64,000 nucleotides of DNA from positions 96,001 to 160,000 of the forward strand of contig CAWJGT010000009.1 in NCBI GenBank assembly GCA_963842525.1, read 5' to 3'. This document shows positions 1 through 8,993 of the stretch, piece after piece. This DNA is from an uncultured Holophagales bacterium. GTDB lineage: Bacteria > Acidobacteriota > Thermoanaerobaculia > Multivoradales > UBA5704. The first letter of the stretch is position 1. Every line of letters begins with the position of its first letter. The notes under the pieces are model-generated. The model was not told the DNA's origin. It was given only the letters and a program-made list of their open reading frames with translations, and did not search any database. The position numbers and the translations under genes were made by a program.

Positions 1-1410
1 CGCCGAGCCGCGTCCCTGGGCGAGGATGTTCTCGCGCTGGCAGAACTGGACGATGTCCCAGACGATCAGGAAATAGCCCGCCAGCTCGAGCTTCTCGATC
101 AGGTCGAGCTCCCGCTGGATCTGCGCCTGCGCCTTGGCGGTCAGCGGCCGGAAACGCGCCTTGGCGCCGTTCCAGGTGATGTGCCGCAGGTAGGAGGACG
201 GGGTCTCGCCCGGAGGGAGCGGGTAGTCGGGGAAGCGGTAGCCGAGGTTCGCCAGGGTGAAGTCGAGCCGCTCGGACAGCTCGGCCGTGGCGGCCAGCGC
301 CTCCGGCAGGTCGGCGAAGAGCCGGGCCATCTCGGCCGCGCCCTTCAAGTGCCGCTCGCGGTGCGCCGCGAGGAGGGCCCCGGCCGCATCCAGGGTCGTG
401 TGGTGCCGGATCGAGGTGAGGACGTCGTGGAGCGGCTTGTCCTCGGCCCGGGCATAGCGCACGCCGTTGGTGGCCACGATGGGCAGGCGCAGCCGGGCCG
501 CCAGGTCGAGAAGCGCGCGGTTCCGGTGCTCCTCCTCGCGCAGCCGGTGGCGCTGGAGCTCGATATGGATGCGGCCGTGGAAAAGGACGGTCAGCCGCTC
601 GATCGCCCGCCGTGCCGCATCGATCCCGCCATGAGCGAGCTCGCGGGCCACGAGCCCCTCATCGCTGCCGGTGAGGCACCAGAGCCCGGCCGCATGCTCG
701 GCCAGCAAGTCCCAGGAGACCCGGGCCTCGCCCTTGGGCCGGCCGAGCGCCGCCGTGGTCAGCATCCGGCACAGGTTGCGATACCCGGCCGCGCTCTCGA
801 CGAGCACGGTCACTCTCGCACCGTTCCCTGTCACGTCCCCCCTCTCCCGGTTGGGGGGAGAGCGATGGGAGAGGGGGCCAGGGGGTGAGGATGGCACAAG
901 CCCCAGAGGTCCTCGCCGTCCGGCAGGGATCGCCGGCTCGTCTTCGATCACCAGCTCGGCTCCGACCAGAGCCTTGACCCCTGCCTGCTTGGCCGCCTGA
1001 TAGAAACGCGGCGCGCCATACACGCCGTTGACGTCGACCAGGGCCACGGCCGGGAGGCCGACCTCGGCAGCCCTCTGGAGCAGGTCCTCGGGCAGGGACG
1101 CGCCCTGGAGGAAGGAGAAGGCCGAGGCCGCATGCAGCTCTGTGTAGGGAGGAGGAGAACCGCGTCGCGATCGCGGAGCGGGCTCGACGGAGGTGTACTC
1201 GCGGTGTTTCCGCTTTTCCTTGTTGGCTCCCGGGGAGCTCTCGAGGGCCGGCAGGTCGTACCCGAAGTCGCGCGAGGGAGGACCCGGCGCGACCGGCTGC
1301 TCCGGCGCGGGCGGCTCCTCCTGCGGCCGCTCCTTCAGACCGGAGAGGTCGAGCCATTTTCCGACCTCGCGGGCCGGAGGGGAGGGAACCTCGTCCTTCT
1401 TCCGCGCCAT
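1..1410 (-). CDS. dnaE2: Error-prone DNA polymerase III alpha (DnaE2), 5' part; runs off the window edge
   Basis: Manual translation from ATG at 1410: YTELHAASAFSFL (PHP start), ALVDVNGVYG, VATNGVRYA, ELDLIEKLELAGYFLIVWDIVQF, QGRGSA; the frame is open to position 1. Confidence 0.93.
   Translation of the reverse strand, partial: MARKKDEVPSPPAREVGKWLDLSGLKERPQEEPPAPEQPVAPGPPSRDFGYDLPALESSPGANKEKRKHREYTSVEPAPRSRRGSPPPYTELHAASAFSFLQGASLPEDLLQRAAEVGLPAVALVDVNGVYGAPRFYQAAKQAGVKALVGAELVIEDEPAIPAGRRGPLGLVPSSPPGPLSHRSPPNRERGDVTGNGARVTVLVESAAGYRNLCRMLTTAALGRPKGEARVSWDLLAEHAAGLWCLTGSDEGLVARELAHGGIDAARRAIERLTVLFHGRIHIELQRHRLREEEHRNRALLDLAARLRLPIVATNGVRYARAEDKPLHDVLTSIRHHTTLDAAGALLAAHRERHLKGAAEMARLFADLPEALAATAELSERLDFTLANLGYRFPDYPLPPGETPSSYLRHITWNGAKARFRPLTAKAQAQIQRELDLIEKLELAGYFLIVWDIVQFCQRENILAQGRGSA
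834..890 (-). repeat. Palindromic repeat element (CCTCACCCCC..CCTCTCCC...GGGAGAGGGG) inserted in frame in dnaE2
   Basis: Similar to copies at about 1936-2000, 28341-28400 and 28438-28490. Confidence 0.75.
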
Positions 1411-1495
1411 CTTGCCAGATTAGGCGTCAGTGGAGCGTAAGTCAAGCCTCCGGGGTGCCGGGGGTGCCGGGGTGCCGGGGTGCCGCTTGATGCCA

Positions 1496-1885
1496 TCAGC
1501 CGATCTTGGTCGGCGTGAACGACGGAGGATCGCTGGCGGGGAAGGATTCCCTCGAAGCCTCCTCGATGGGATCCTCGGGCTCGTCCGGCCGGATGAGCCG
1601 CGCCCCTTCCGGCAGAGGCCGTGAGCGCCAGGTCTGACGCGACGGGATCGCATGATCGCGCGGCGAAAGCTCCCGCCAGTCCTCCTGCTGTTCCGAGGTA
1701 TCGACTCCCAGCGCGCCATAGACCGGGCAGTGGCCGGTCGCGCCCCGGAAGAGCAACGCCGCGCCGCCCAGGGCCAGAGCCGTCGACCCCTTCGAGAGCG
1801 GATAGCTCTTCAATGCATAGGCCAGCAGGGCCCCGCCTCCGACCATCGAGGCCCAGCGTTCAATCTTTCCGACGTTGTCTTGCAT
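1496..1885 (-). CDS. DUF2892/YgaP-like membrane protein with C-terminal ESFPASDPP motif
   Basis: NVGKIERWAS...RGATGHCPVYGALGVDT pattern; EEASRESFPASDPPS tail. Confidence 0.75.
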   Translation of the reverse strand: MQDNVGKIERWASMVGGGALLAYALKSYPLSKGSTALALGGAALLFRGATGHCPVYGALGVDTSEQQEDWRELSPRDHAIPSRQTWRSRPLPEGARLIRPDEPEDPIEEASRESFPASDPPSFTPTKIG

Positions 1886-1935
1886 AGCGACATCTCCTCC
1901 CTGGAAGACTGAGCCGCAAGGGGCGTGCCAGACGC

Positions 1936-2000
1936 CCTCTCCCCCTGGCCCCCTCTCCCGTGCGGCCCCCCCGTCTTCCGCCCCGAACGGGAGAGGGGAA
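1936..2000 (+). repeat. Intergenic copy of the palindromic CCTCTCCC..GGGAGAGGGG element
   Basis: cctctccccctggccccctctccc...cgggagagggg, similar to the dnaE2 insert. Confidence 0.65.
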
Positions 2001-2102
2001 ACACTCTGTCAGCCGGAGGAGAAATCGGTTGGGTGGTGGCGCCTCTCTCCCGCGATCGGGGGCGCAGCTCGAAGGACCGGGTCCGGAGAGCCGCTGTGGC
2101 GC

Positions 2103-2525
2103 TCACTGGGCTTCGCGGTCATCCGGCATAAGGACGCGAACGTGAGGGAGTTTGGCGGCGGCTTTCTCAAACGTTGCCACTTCCTCGGCGCCCGAACGAA
2201 GGTAGTTTCGATGGATCACCCGGTCGATGAATCCCGGCTTTGCAGATTCCAGATTTGGAGTGGCGAGAACCGCTGCAACCTCACCCGATCCCTCGACTCC
2301 TGGACTGGCCAGGAAATCGCTCAGGGCATCCAGGGTGTCTTTCTTCGATGCCCCGTAATGATGCTGGAGGGCATAGTAAGCCTCTGCGATGACCCAGTCG
2401 GAGACGAGCACGCGATCTCCCGCCTTCTCACGCTCCAAAATGTAGCCCAGGGCTATGAGAGCCAGATCGCGAGGCTCGCCCGTCAACACTCGCACAAGGA
2501 CTGAGGTGTCGAGACCTACGATCAA
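2103..2525 (-). CDS. PIN-domain (VapC-like) toxin
   Basis: GLDTSVLVR, VIAEAYYAL, GFID, ATFE motifs; overlaps the stop of the upstream antitoxin. Confidence 0.88.
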   Translation of the reverse strand: MIVGLDTSVLVRVLTGEPRDLALIALGYILEREKAGDRVLVSDWVIAEAYYALQHHYGASKKDTLDALSDFLASPGVEGSGEVAAVLATPNLESAKPGFIDRVIHRNYLRSGAEEVATFEKAAAKLPHVRVLMPDDREAQ

Positions 2526-2815
2526 AGGTTGCGATCCCGAAGGATCCCTCGGGCGATACTCTCGCGGATCGCGCTCATCTCGTGCCGCGTCACAGCACGA
2601 GCGGTCTTTCCCAGGGCTCCAAACCAGGACGGCATCGCCCGGCCCTCCAGCAGGTCCGGCGCAGCTTTCCCAGGCTCAGCCGCTGGCGCATCTTCTTGCC
2701 CGACATAGCGCTGGTAGAGCTCTACGGTCACCTCGCGCACTGCCCGCCCCTCAAGGGCGCTCTTTGCCTTGACCAGGCGATAGAGCTCATCTGGAACCTC
2801 GATCGTTGCCTTCAT
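2522..2815 (-). CDS. RHH/CopG-like antitoxin
   Basis: MKATIEVPDELYRLVKAKSALEGR; ATGA coupling to the PIN gene. Confidence 0.82.
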   Translation of the reverse strand: MKATIEVPDELYRLVKAKSALEGRAVREVTVELYQRYVGQEDAPAAEPGKAAPDLLEGRAMPSWFGALGKTARAVTRHEMSAIRESIARGILRDRNL

Positions 2816-3135
2816 GTTACCAGTAAACCGTATTGCTGGGTTCCCGTCAAGCTCCCAAGAAGTTCGTCGCCGCCATGGCCTCGACCGCCCGCAACCGCTC
2901 CAGGCGACGCAAAGTGCCCTGGTGGCCCTTGACCAGCTCCTCGACAGCGGCGAGCTGCCGATCGAGCTGTTCCTGCACCCCGGCCGGCTTGATCCCCTCC
3001 GCCGACATCCCGGCCGTGATGACCGTCGCCGCCGGCCGGATGCTCGCCCGGCACTCGGCGGACAGGCGCTGGCCATTGAGCCGCGTGACGACCTCGACCA
3101 CGTCGGCCGGTGGATAGCAGGCCCAAATGTGATCT

Positions 3136-3170
3136 GTGCCCTTCGTCTACATCCTCCGCTGCCGCCCGAA
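3136..3170 (+). pseudogene. 5' remnant of a GIY-YIG nuclease
   Basis: PFVYILRC matches the usual start of YhbQ-like GIY-YIG proteins; similarity then stops. Confidence 0.4.
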
Positions 3171-3174
3171 GCTC

Positions 3175-3459
3175 TTATCTCTCCGTGGCGAAGACAATGG
3201 CCGATCCGAAGACCCCCACCAGCCATCCAAGAGGCCCTCCAAATCCCACTGCCACAAAGCGCCAACCCACCACGTCCTCGCCAGTGGGCCGCACAAAAGT
3301 CTGAAAAATCAGATTTAACAGAAGAACACCAACCGCTGGTCCGAGGATGGACGCAGCCGCGACCATCAAGCCACGCGTCCAGGACCTGGAATGCCAACCT
3401 GTCGCGATGGCTGGGAGGCCAAAGAAAATGACACCCACCACGATGCCTATCGCCATCAT
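3175..3459 (-). CDS. Small hypothetical membrane protein
   Basis: 94 aa with three hydrophobic segments. Confidence 0.55.
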   Translation of the reverse strand: MMAIGIVVGVIFFGLPAIATGWHSRSWTRGLMVAAASILGPAVGVLLLNLIFQTFVRPTGEDVVGWRFVAVGFGGPLGWLVGVFGSAIVFATER

Positions 3460-3503
3460 CTGTCCTCACTCCTTATGTTGATGCCATAGCGGGAGACGCA
3501 TCG

Positions 3504-3719
3504 CTACGGGGTGTCGAGGAACTCCGCGATGAGCCGTGCGGTCAGCTCGGGATAGCGGGTGTCTTTCTGCGTTACCACGGCTTCGCCAAGATAATCCCCG
3601 TGTCCACCGGGCAGGATGAGTAGACGTGCGCCTGAAATGAGGCGAGTCAGCTCGAAAGCATGTTCAGGTTTCACGATGTCTTGATCCCCAAGGACGATCA
3701 ACGTCGGTGCGCGGACCAA
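3504..3719 (-). pseudogene. C-terminal fragment of an alpha/beta hydrolase
   Basis: APTLIVLGDQDIV...LPGGHGDY (acid and His motifs); the N-terminal part is absent. Confidence 0.65.
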
Positions 3720-3800
3720 CCTGACCAGGACGTCCGGTACGTCCTTGAAGCTCTACATCCTCGCGGCAGGTCCCATGGCGCCACCAGGTGCGCAGTCGTG

Positions 3801-4061
3801 TTAGGCCTGCGACCGTCCACCGGACCAAGCCATCTTCATGTACTTCTTGCCATCCTTCAGCTCGGAGAGCATCTGATCGAGGCGCCTTTGGCGAGTCGTA
3901 TCGAGCTTGGCATCCTTGATCCAGGCTAAGTAGTCGTTCTTCTGGTACGCAGGGCGCGCCTTATACGCATCCATCAAGCCGTGCTCGTCGAGGGCTTTCC
4001 TGACGAAAGCAGGCATCGAGTGTCTGGCACGCTTGAGTGGAGTTTTCTTCGAAGTCGGCAT
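3801..4061 (-). CDS. YdeI/OmpD-associated family protein
   Basis: AYKARPAYQKNDYLAWIKDAKLDTTRQRRLDQMLSEL. Confidence 0.8.
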   Translation of the reverse strand: MPTSKKTPLKRARHSMPAFVRKALDEHGLMDAYKARPAYQKNDYLAWIKDAKLDTTRQRRLDQMLSELKDGKKYMKMAWSGGRSQA

Positions 4062-4183
4062 GTGGATACCCCGCAGGTCGTCTCGGTGAGCTCGCCAAGC
4101 CAGAGGTGCTTCCGGCACGTCCGTGACCCTGCACGGACGCACCGGTTACCGCATTGCAGATCGTACGGGTGGCCCTCGGGGGC

Positions 4184-4540
4184 TCAACCGACGAGATCGC
4201 ACTCATCGAGCTGGACACTCAGCTCGCCGAGGCGAACACAGACGATCTCGTTGAACAGCGGCACGGTGTGCACGATGGCGGCGACCCATTCTCCGGGATT
4301 GGCGGTGGTCTGAATGGAGCTGCCTTGGGCGGTGATGTTTCCGTGGGCCATGGGGTTGCCGTTGACAACGAGTACCGCGACCGCGCCGGTATTGCCGCAC
4401 AGACTGGTTTCCGTAGTGCGCAGTACCATCAGCTTCTGAATCTTACCCTTTACCTGGTGCGAGATGAGCGTGGAGGCTCCGGATTCGCCGACGCCACCGT
4501 GGCCAACTGCAATACAAGGTCCTGACGCACTGTCGGGCAT
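4184..4540 (-). CDS. Hypothetical protein
   Basis: 118-aa ORF with an AAGGAG RBS upstream. Confidence 0.5.
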   Translation of the reverse strand: MPDSASGPCIAVGHGGVGESGASTLISHQVKGKIQKLMVLRTTETSLCGNTGAVAVLVVNGNPMAHGNITAQGSSIQTTANPGEWVAAIVHTVPLFNEIVCVRLGELSVQLDECDLVG

Positions 4541-4679
4541 GTTCGACTCCTTTCAAAGGTATCGGTAGTGATTATGTGTTGCCGGCCGTCTGCGCCGGCT
4601 GTGCCGATCTTGGAGGACAGAGAAGATCGGCGTATAAGTCTTAGCTATTCTACGCTAAGTTCTGAAAGTCGTCAATACG

Positions 4680-5039
4680 AGCAAACCTGTAGGCCGCAAT
4701 ACGAGGCTGGTCGGGCTGACAACCGAGAGCAGATCGCTGCTCTGGTCGCCGGGCATCGAAGCTCAGGCGGCGGAGGTGCGGGCAGTCATGGGGCGGCCGG
4801 CTCTCGGGCCCGAGGCGATCCGAAACCAGAAGCGGCACGATCGGCCGGCCAAACCGAAGAAATCTCCTGCGCCGCTCTTCCATGCGGCCAGCAAGAAGGT
4901 CCGTCTCGAGGTCTACAGGGCCTACGGTGAGCTCCTGGGCGCCTTCCGGACCGCCGCGGAAAAGCTCAGGGAGGGGGTACGGGATGTCGTCTTCCCGTCA
5001 GGCAGTTTCCCGCCGGCCCTACCCTGGGTGAGCGGATAG
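4680..5039 (+). pseudogene. 3' remnant of a REP-associated (Y1/RAYT-like) transposase
   Basis: KKSPAPLFHAASK...AFRTAAEKLREG...FPSGSFPPALPWV tail as recalled for this family; no HUH-containing N-terminus. Confidence 0.55.
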
Positions 5040-5371
5040 GCTTTCGGAGCGTTGGCCGCTGGCAGCCTTCGTAGTTCCGGCCGCCGACAACTTCCTGTGC
5101 GCGGAATTGGGAAAGGTCTACCCTTTAGCCCTCGAAGGGGTCATACAAGCCGCCCAAAACGACCGCACAAAGAAGTGAGCGGCGGTCTCACGGCGTGCTC
5201 AGGTGCACTCACCAGCCAATTTGCACGTCAATATGCGGCTGGGAAGTGGCGATTGAAGTTTCTGGTAATCAAGGTTCGGCTGGCACTTATTGCTGGTGGC
5301 CCTACCCTGGGTGAGCGGATAGGCCTCGAGCGTCCGGGCCGCTGACAGCCTTCGTAGTTCCGGCCGCCGAC
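5015..5371 (+). repeat. Direct duplication of about 74 bp of the transposase 3' end (5015-5088 and 5298-5371)
   Basis: GGCCCTACCCTGGGTGAGCGGATAGGC and CAGCCTTCGTAGTTCCGGCCGCCGAC each occur twice. Confidence 0.85.
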
Positions 5372-5394
5372 GGCCGGCACTTAGTTCTGGTGGT

Positions 5395-5422
5395 TCCGTC
5401 CGCTCTATTGATGGGGTTATAC
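5395..5422 (-). other. Truncated attC (left half only)
   Basis: GTATAAC overlaps the stop codon, is complementary to the cassette-start GTTATAC, and is followed by AGCGGAC; the right half is missing. Confidence 0.55.
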
Positions 5423-6244
5423 GCTCTCACGGTTGCCTTCTACGCCAGCACGTGTTACAGCCGCGACCTCCCTCTCTAAATGGTATCTCCACTTATCATC
5501 AATGGAGAGTCTGTCTCCCGCACCAGAGTATATGTCCGGCGTAATTGTCGCCAAATCAACCTTGGCCAACTGAATCCTTGCCTCACGTAGAGCTGTCATT
5601 GCGGCATTCACGTCCATGCCGGCACCAGCCATGAGAGCACTTCTCAAGGATGCCTCACTAGCGCTGCCTCCCTCACTAAGAAGAGCATGGACCACCTGCC
5701 GCGTGGAGGCGGAAAGACTTTCCCATTTCCTAAAGAACACCTCAGGCGGGCCATCTATGTCGCCCTCCAATATTCGGCGCACCTCGGAAGTGAATCGTCC
5801 TTCCAGATTCTCCTTTGCCTCCTTGATAGCACTCCTATCCGACGATGGGCCTAGGTTGTAGACTAACTTAACTGCTCTATGCCGAAGGTCGAAAGGCAGC
5901 CGCTCAGGTGGCCCATAACTCCGATTTAGAACAGAGACTAGGCGGTGCTCCTTAAGCCTTGCAAGCGCGTATCCATACTCAATCAAGACGTTGGGGTTGC
6001 TGCTAGGCCGCTCCGCACTTCCTGTCACAAGCGTAAGGTCACCCACAAACGCCATGCTCTGGTCGATCTTATGCAAGATAGTCTCGAAAATCGGTGGCGA
6101 GCCAGAAACCCCCCGTGTTGCCTCATCCACCTCACAGGGCACAGGTAGGCGCTTGGTCGCTGCCCTCAATGCGTCGCGTATCAAGTAGCGGTTGAGGTCT
6201 TCGGCCGTGTCAGACTGCCAGGAGTAAAAGATCTGTCGTTTCAT
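5417..6244 (-). CDS. Cassette gene: TIR-like/NDT-like nucleotide-binding protein with C-terminal HTH-like region
   Basis: IFYSWQSD, GSPPIFETILHKID, NPNVLIEYGYA, LPFDLRHR motifs; lower GC than the host genes. Confidence 0.7.
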   Translation of the reverse strand: MKRQIFYSWQSDTAEDLNRYLIRDALRAATKRLPVPCEVDEATRGVSGSPPIFETILHKIDQSMAFVGDLTLVTGSAERPSSNPNVLIEYGYALARLKEHRLVSVLNRSYGPPERLPFDLRHRAVKLVYNLGPSSDRSAIKEAKENLEGRFTSEVRRILEGDIDGPPEVFFRKWESLSASTRQVVHALLSEGGSASEASLRSALMAGAGMDVNAAMTALREARIQLAKVDLATITPDIYSGAGDRLSIDDKWRYHLEREVAAVTRAGVEGNRESV

Positions 6245-6256
6245 CGCCCCTCAAGC

Positions 6257-6327
6257 GTATAACACTCTGGGCGATCACCGGCACATGGGCGCGAGCCCAG
6301 GTGTCCGGTGCATCGCCGGTGTTAGCT
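6257..6327 (-). other. Integron attC site (71 bp)
   Basis: Minus strand AGCTAAC-accGGCGATGCACCGGACAC...GTGCCGGTGATCGCC-cagagt-GTTATAC: imperfect hairpin with an extrahelical G. Confidence 0.85.
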
Positions 6328-7197
6328 GCTTGCCTCATCGACCACAAAATTATCAGAGGCTTCTAGCCTAAACAAATTGCGAAGGTAACCTACATCCACT
6401 TCCGGTCTAGCGACGATGTAGGCCTCTGGCCCCCAGGTATTGAGTATTCCGAAGTGCAACCTCTCCTGGTCTAAGGCAGAGAAAACCTGGTCTAATTCGT
6501 GCCGCCGAACCTTAATCGTAGCATGTATCCAGGCTCCCTGGAGTTGAGTTCTCGGATCAGCAGGCTTAAACTTATTGACCAAACTTTTAAACAAGATGGC
6601 TGGGTCTGCAGGTCCACCTTTTACTTCAGGCTCAGTACGACCCACACCCGGCGCAATCTCTTCGAGATGAGTTATCAGGTCCTTATAGCGGTACTTGACG
6701 TCCAACACTACAGGCGTTTCGTTGGGTGGAACGAAAAGCCAGTCGACAGTCGTATTTCCTGGCCCAAAGCCCACAACCTCGAAGGTAGCGGACACCTCGT
6801 CTCCCACTCTGATTAACGGAGCCAGCTCAAATAGGACCTCATGATGTTTGGAGGGCGGTGTCAAACGTTCGAGAAAGCTCTTCAACTGAGAATCGGTGAA
6901 GCGCTTTGTGATTTCTCGTAAACCGAGGAATAGGTGCTCCACTTCTGGAGCATTATGTATACCGAGAGCCACCTGACCGCCAGGGAGCCGGTCTATCTCG
7001 TCACCGTAATCGTAACGCCAACGGTTACCTATAATATCCAGAAAGGCCGGCGCCGACTTTATCTGCAGGGAAAGGACACGGAAAAGACTCTCGGCCTCCT
7101 GGCGCGACTTGCCATGAGCAGCAGCTACTTCGCAGAAAGCATCAACTAGATGCGCTGTTCGAGAGTAGAGGAAGTCGGGGATCCTAAGTGAGTTCAT
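6322..7197 (-). CDS. Cassette gene: hypothetical protein, possible PD-(D/E)xK fold
   Basis: Low-GC 291-aa ORF ending in the attC; TVDWLF...VVLDVK. Confidence 0.6.
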   Translation of the reverse strand: MNSLRIPDFLYSRTAHLVDAFCEVAAAHGKSRQEAESLFRVLSLQIKSAPAFLDIIGNRWRYDYGDEIDRLPGGQVALGIHNAPEVEHLFLGLREITKRFTDSQLKSFLERLTPPSKHHEVLFELAPLIRVGDEVSATFEVVGFGPGNTTVDWLFVPPNETPVVLDVKYRYKDLITHLEEIAPGVGRTEPEVKGGPADPAILFKSLVNKFKPADPRTQLQGAWIHATIKVRRHELDQVFSALDQERLHFGILNTWGPEAYIVARPEVDVGYLRNLFRLEASDNFVVDEASS

Positions 7198-7220
7198 TCT
7201 GCTCTGCCTTCTCCTGCTGG

Positions 7221-7279
7221 CGGCCGCGAATGGGACTCAGCTGCGCCGTTAGGCGTCCGCTGCAGGCCCGGTGTTGGGA
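7221..7279 (-). other. Integron attC site with degenerate 3' core
   Basis: TCCCAAC-accgggcCTGCAGCGGACGCCtaacGGCGCAGCTGAGtccc; the expected GTT is replaced by GCGG. Confidence 0.7.
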
Positions 7280-7935
7280 GCTTCCAAAGGTTGTTTGTAG
7301 TAGTAATCTTCCTCCCACAAGGTCGGAAAGTAAGACATATTTAGAAGGGACAGTACCGCGAGGTAGAGAAGTCCCACGCTTACTATAGAGCACACCCACC
7401 ATGGAAATCGCTGACTACTCCATACAGCATAACATGACCAAAGGGGGAAGAGGATAAATCCAAGAGCAAAGGGAAGGTTCTTTAGGGCAGGCACCGAATA
7501 TCTGACACGATCCAGAAGTCCTGTCGATTGCGACAACTTGGGAAAAGCATCATGGATATTGTTGAAAATAAGGGGTAGTTGCCCGCTTCGTGCCATGCCT
7601 GGAAACTGTCGACTACGGCACCAATGCAGAACGACATCGTTTAGGCCCTTCTTAGCGCGAAGTTCCAAGAACTCTGCTATCTTGAAGTTAGTAAGAGCCA
7701 ACAGCAATAGATAGGGTATGTCGAAGTCAGTAAACTCTATATCAAACACTTTTGCCGAGGTAAGCTGAGAGAAGTGGATCAGCAGAAAAAGACCACCAGA
7801 GCTCAGCATCACCGCAATCGTGGTGCCGATTTCCGTATTGAGGTGGTCCGCTCTTGCCGAGGCGATATCGGCCAGTACCTTAGCTTCGCCGTCATCGCCG
7901 ACAAAACGGCCTAGAATATCAGCGACTGGTTTCAT
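7249..7935 (-). CDS. Cassette gene: hypothetical multi-pass membrane protein
   Basis: Low GC, about four TM segments; starts after GTTGGGC at 7960-7954 and ends inside the attC. Confidence 0.65.
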   Translation of the reverse strand: MKPVADILGRFVGDDGEAKVLADIASARADHLNTEIGTTIAVMLSSGGLFLLIHFSQLTSAKVFDIEFTDFDIPYLLLLALTNFKIAEFLELRAKKGLNDVVLHWCRSRQFPGMARSGQLPLIFNNIHDAFPKLSQSTGLLDRVRYSVPALKNLPFALGFILFPLWSCYAVWSSQRFPWWVCSIVSVGLLYLAVLSLLNMSYFPTLWEEDYYYKQPLEAPNTGPAADA

Positions 7936-8083
7936 AACGACTCTCTTCTCGGCGCCCAACCAATAACGACCGTTGTCCCGCGACCCTTCCCGGCTGCCAT
8001 ATCATCTGTCTCCAAGACAACCGCCCATGTGGTCGAAATATGGCAACGGCTCTATGTCACTCGCATTCCACGACTTGACACTT

Positions 8084-8112
8084 ATTTTAAGCGTCTTCAG
8101 CATCGGCGTCAA
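8084..8112 (-). promoter_or_regulatory. Sigma70-type promoter facing cassette array A
   Basis: TTGACG-17 nt-TAAAAT, about 125 bp upstream of the first GTTGGGC. Confidence 0.7.
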
Positions 8113-8272
8113 CGCGGGATGCTCGTGTCATATGCACGCTGGCTGGACAGGTCTTGCCGGCACCATCAGGAAAATGGGCCGAAGGCCCGACCTTCTGGGA
8201 AGGGAGGCAGGGGAGAGGCCGAGTCCGGAGCTGCGAACCCCATAGCCGGCCGCCTTGGTCGCGGAAAGCATG

Positions 8273-8300
8273 GGCCGGCAAGGATGCCGGCGCTCCCAGC
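8273..8300 (+). repeat. REP-like palindrome GGCCGGCAAGGATGCCGGCGCTCCCAGC
   Basis: 28-bp identical copy at 43097-43124; GCCGGCA..TGCCGGC stem. Confidence 0.8.
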
Positions 8301-8750
8301 GTGCGCAAGAACCGACTTCCGTCGCTAATCGAACGGTTTGGGTAAGATCCTACGATACAGCAGCTTACCCTTCTGGCACCTGGTTGCTTATCCGCTACTT
8401 GGCCGTGCGTAGAAGCAGCCAGTTGTAGCGACGGAGAAGATTCTGCCGGAGAGGCTTCGGAGAGCTTCCGCGCGAGCGCGATCTGCTTCTCCACCGCATC
8501 GCGGCGTACGCGCGGGGATCGGAGGGGCCGCAGCCTTGACGAAACTCATCCGCCCTGGCGGCCCCGTATCCGGTCCGGAGCCCGATATCCAGGCCAGATG
8601 TCGAGTCCCGCGTAATTCCGTGGCCACCTTTTCGAAATATTTCGTGGCGGACAGAAGGGGGAAGAGAGCAGTCCCGGATTGGGCCGGGTGGCGGTGGAAT
8701 CCGGGACTGTTTTTGACCGAAGGGGCCGAGTTTTCAGCAGTTGCTTTGAT

Positions 8751-8993
8751 TCATTCTGGTCTTCGCGCCCAGGAGTTGGCAATCCAGCGCCGCAGGCCGA
8801 CACGGACGTTCTTGAAACGGGCGGCCGGCCGGTTGTTGTGATACCACCTGAAGGTCTTGGTCTCCTCGAGAATGTTGAGATCCTGGAAGTCTGCGATCAG
8901 CTCGTCGACAAACTCTTCGTCGAGCTTGCGATCGAACGGGTACTCGGGGACCTGGTTTTGCAGGTAGTCGAGGATGGGTTCGGGTGTGTTCAT
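8751..8993 (-). CDS. Small transposon-encoded protein (80 aa)
   Basis: ATGA-coupled to the ATPase stop; lies inside the TIRs. Confidence 0.75.
   Translation of the reverse strand: MNTPEPILDYLQNQVPEYPFDRKLDEEFVDELIADFQDLNILEETKTFRWYHNNRPAARFKNVRVGLRRWIANSWARRPE

Noticed and set aside
1451-1485. GGGGTGCC microsatellite (about 4 copies)
   Set aside because: Short GC-rich low-complexity tract with no evidence of function
8485-8598. Alternative left transposon end after GCTTCTCCACCGCA
   Set aside because: The TIR and CCAGA duplication place the end at 8599
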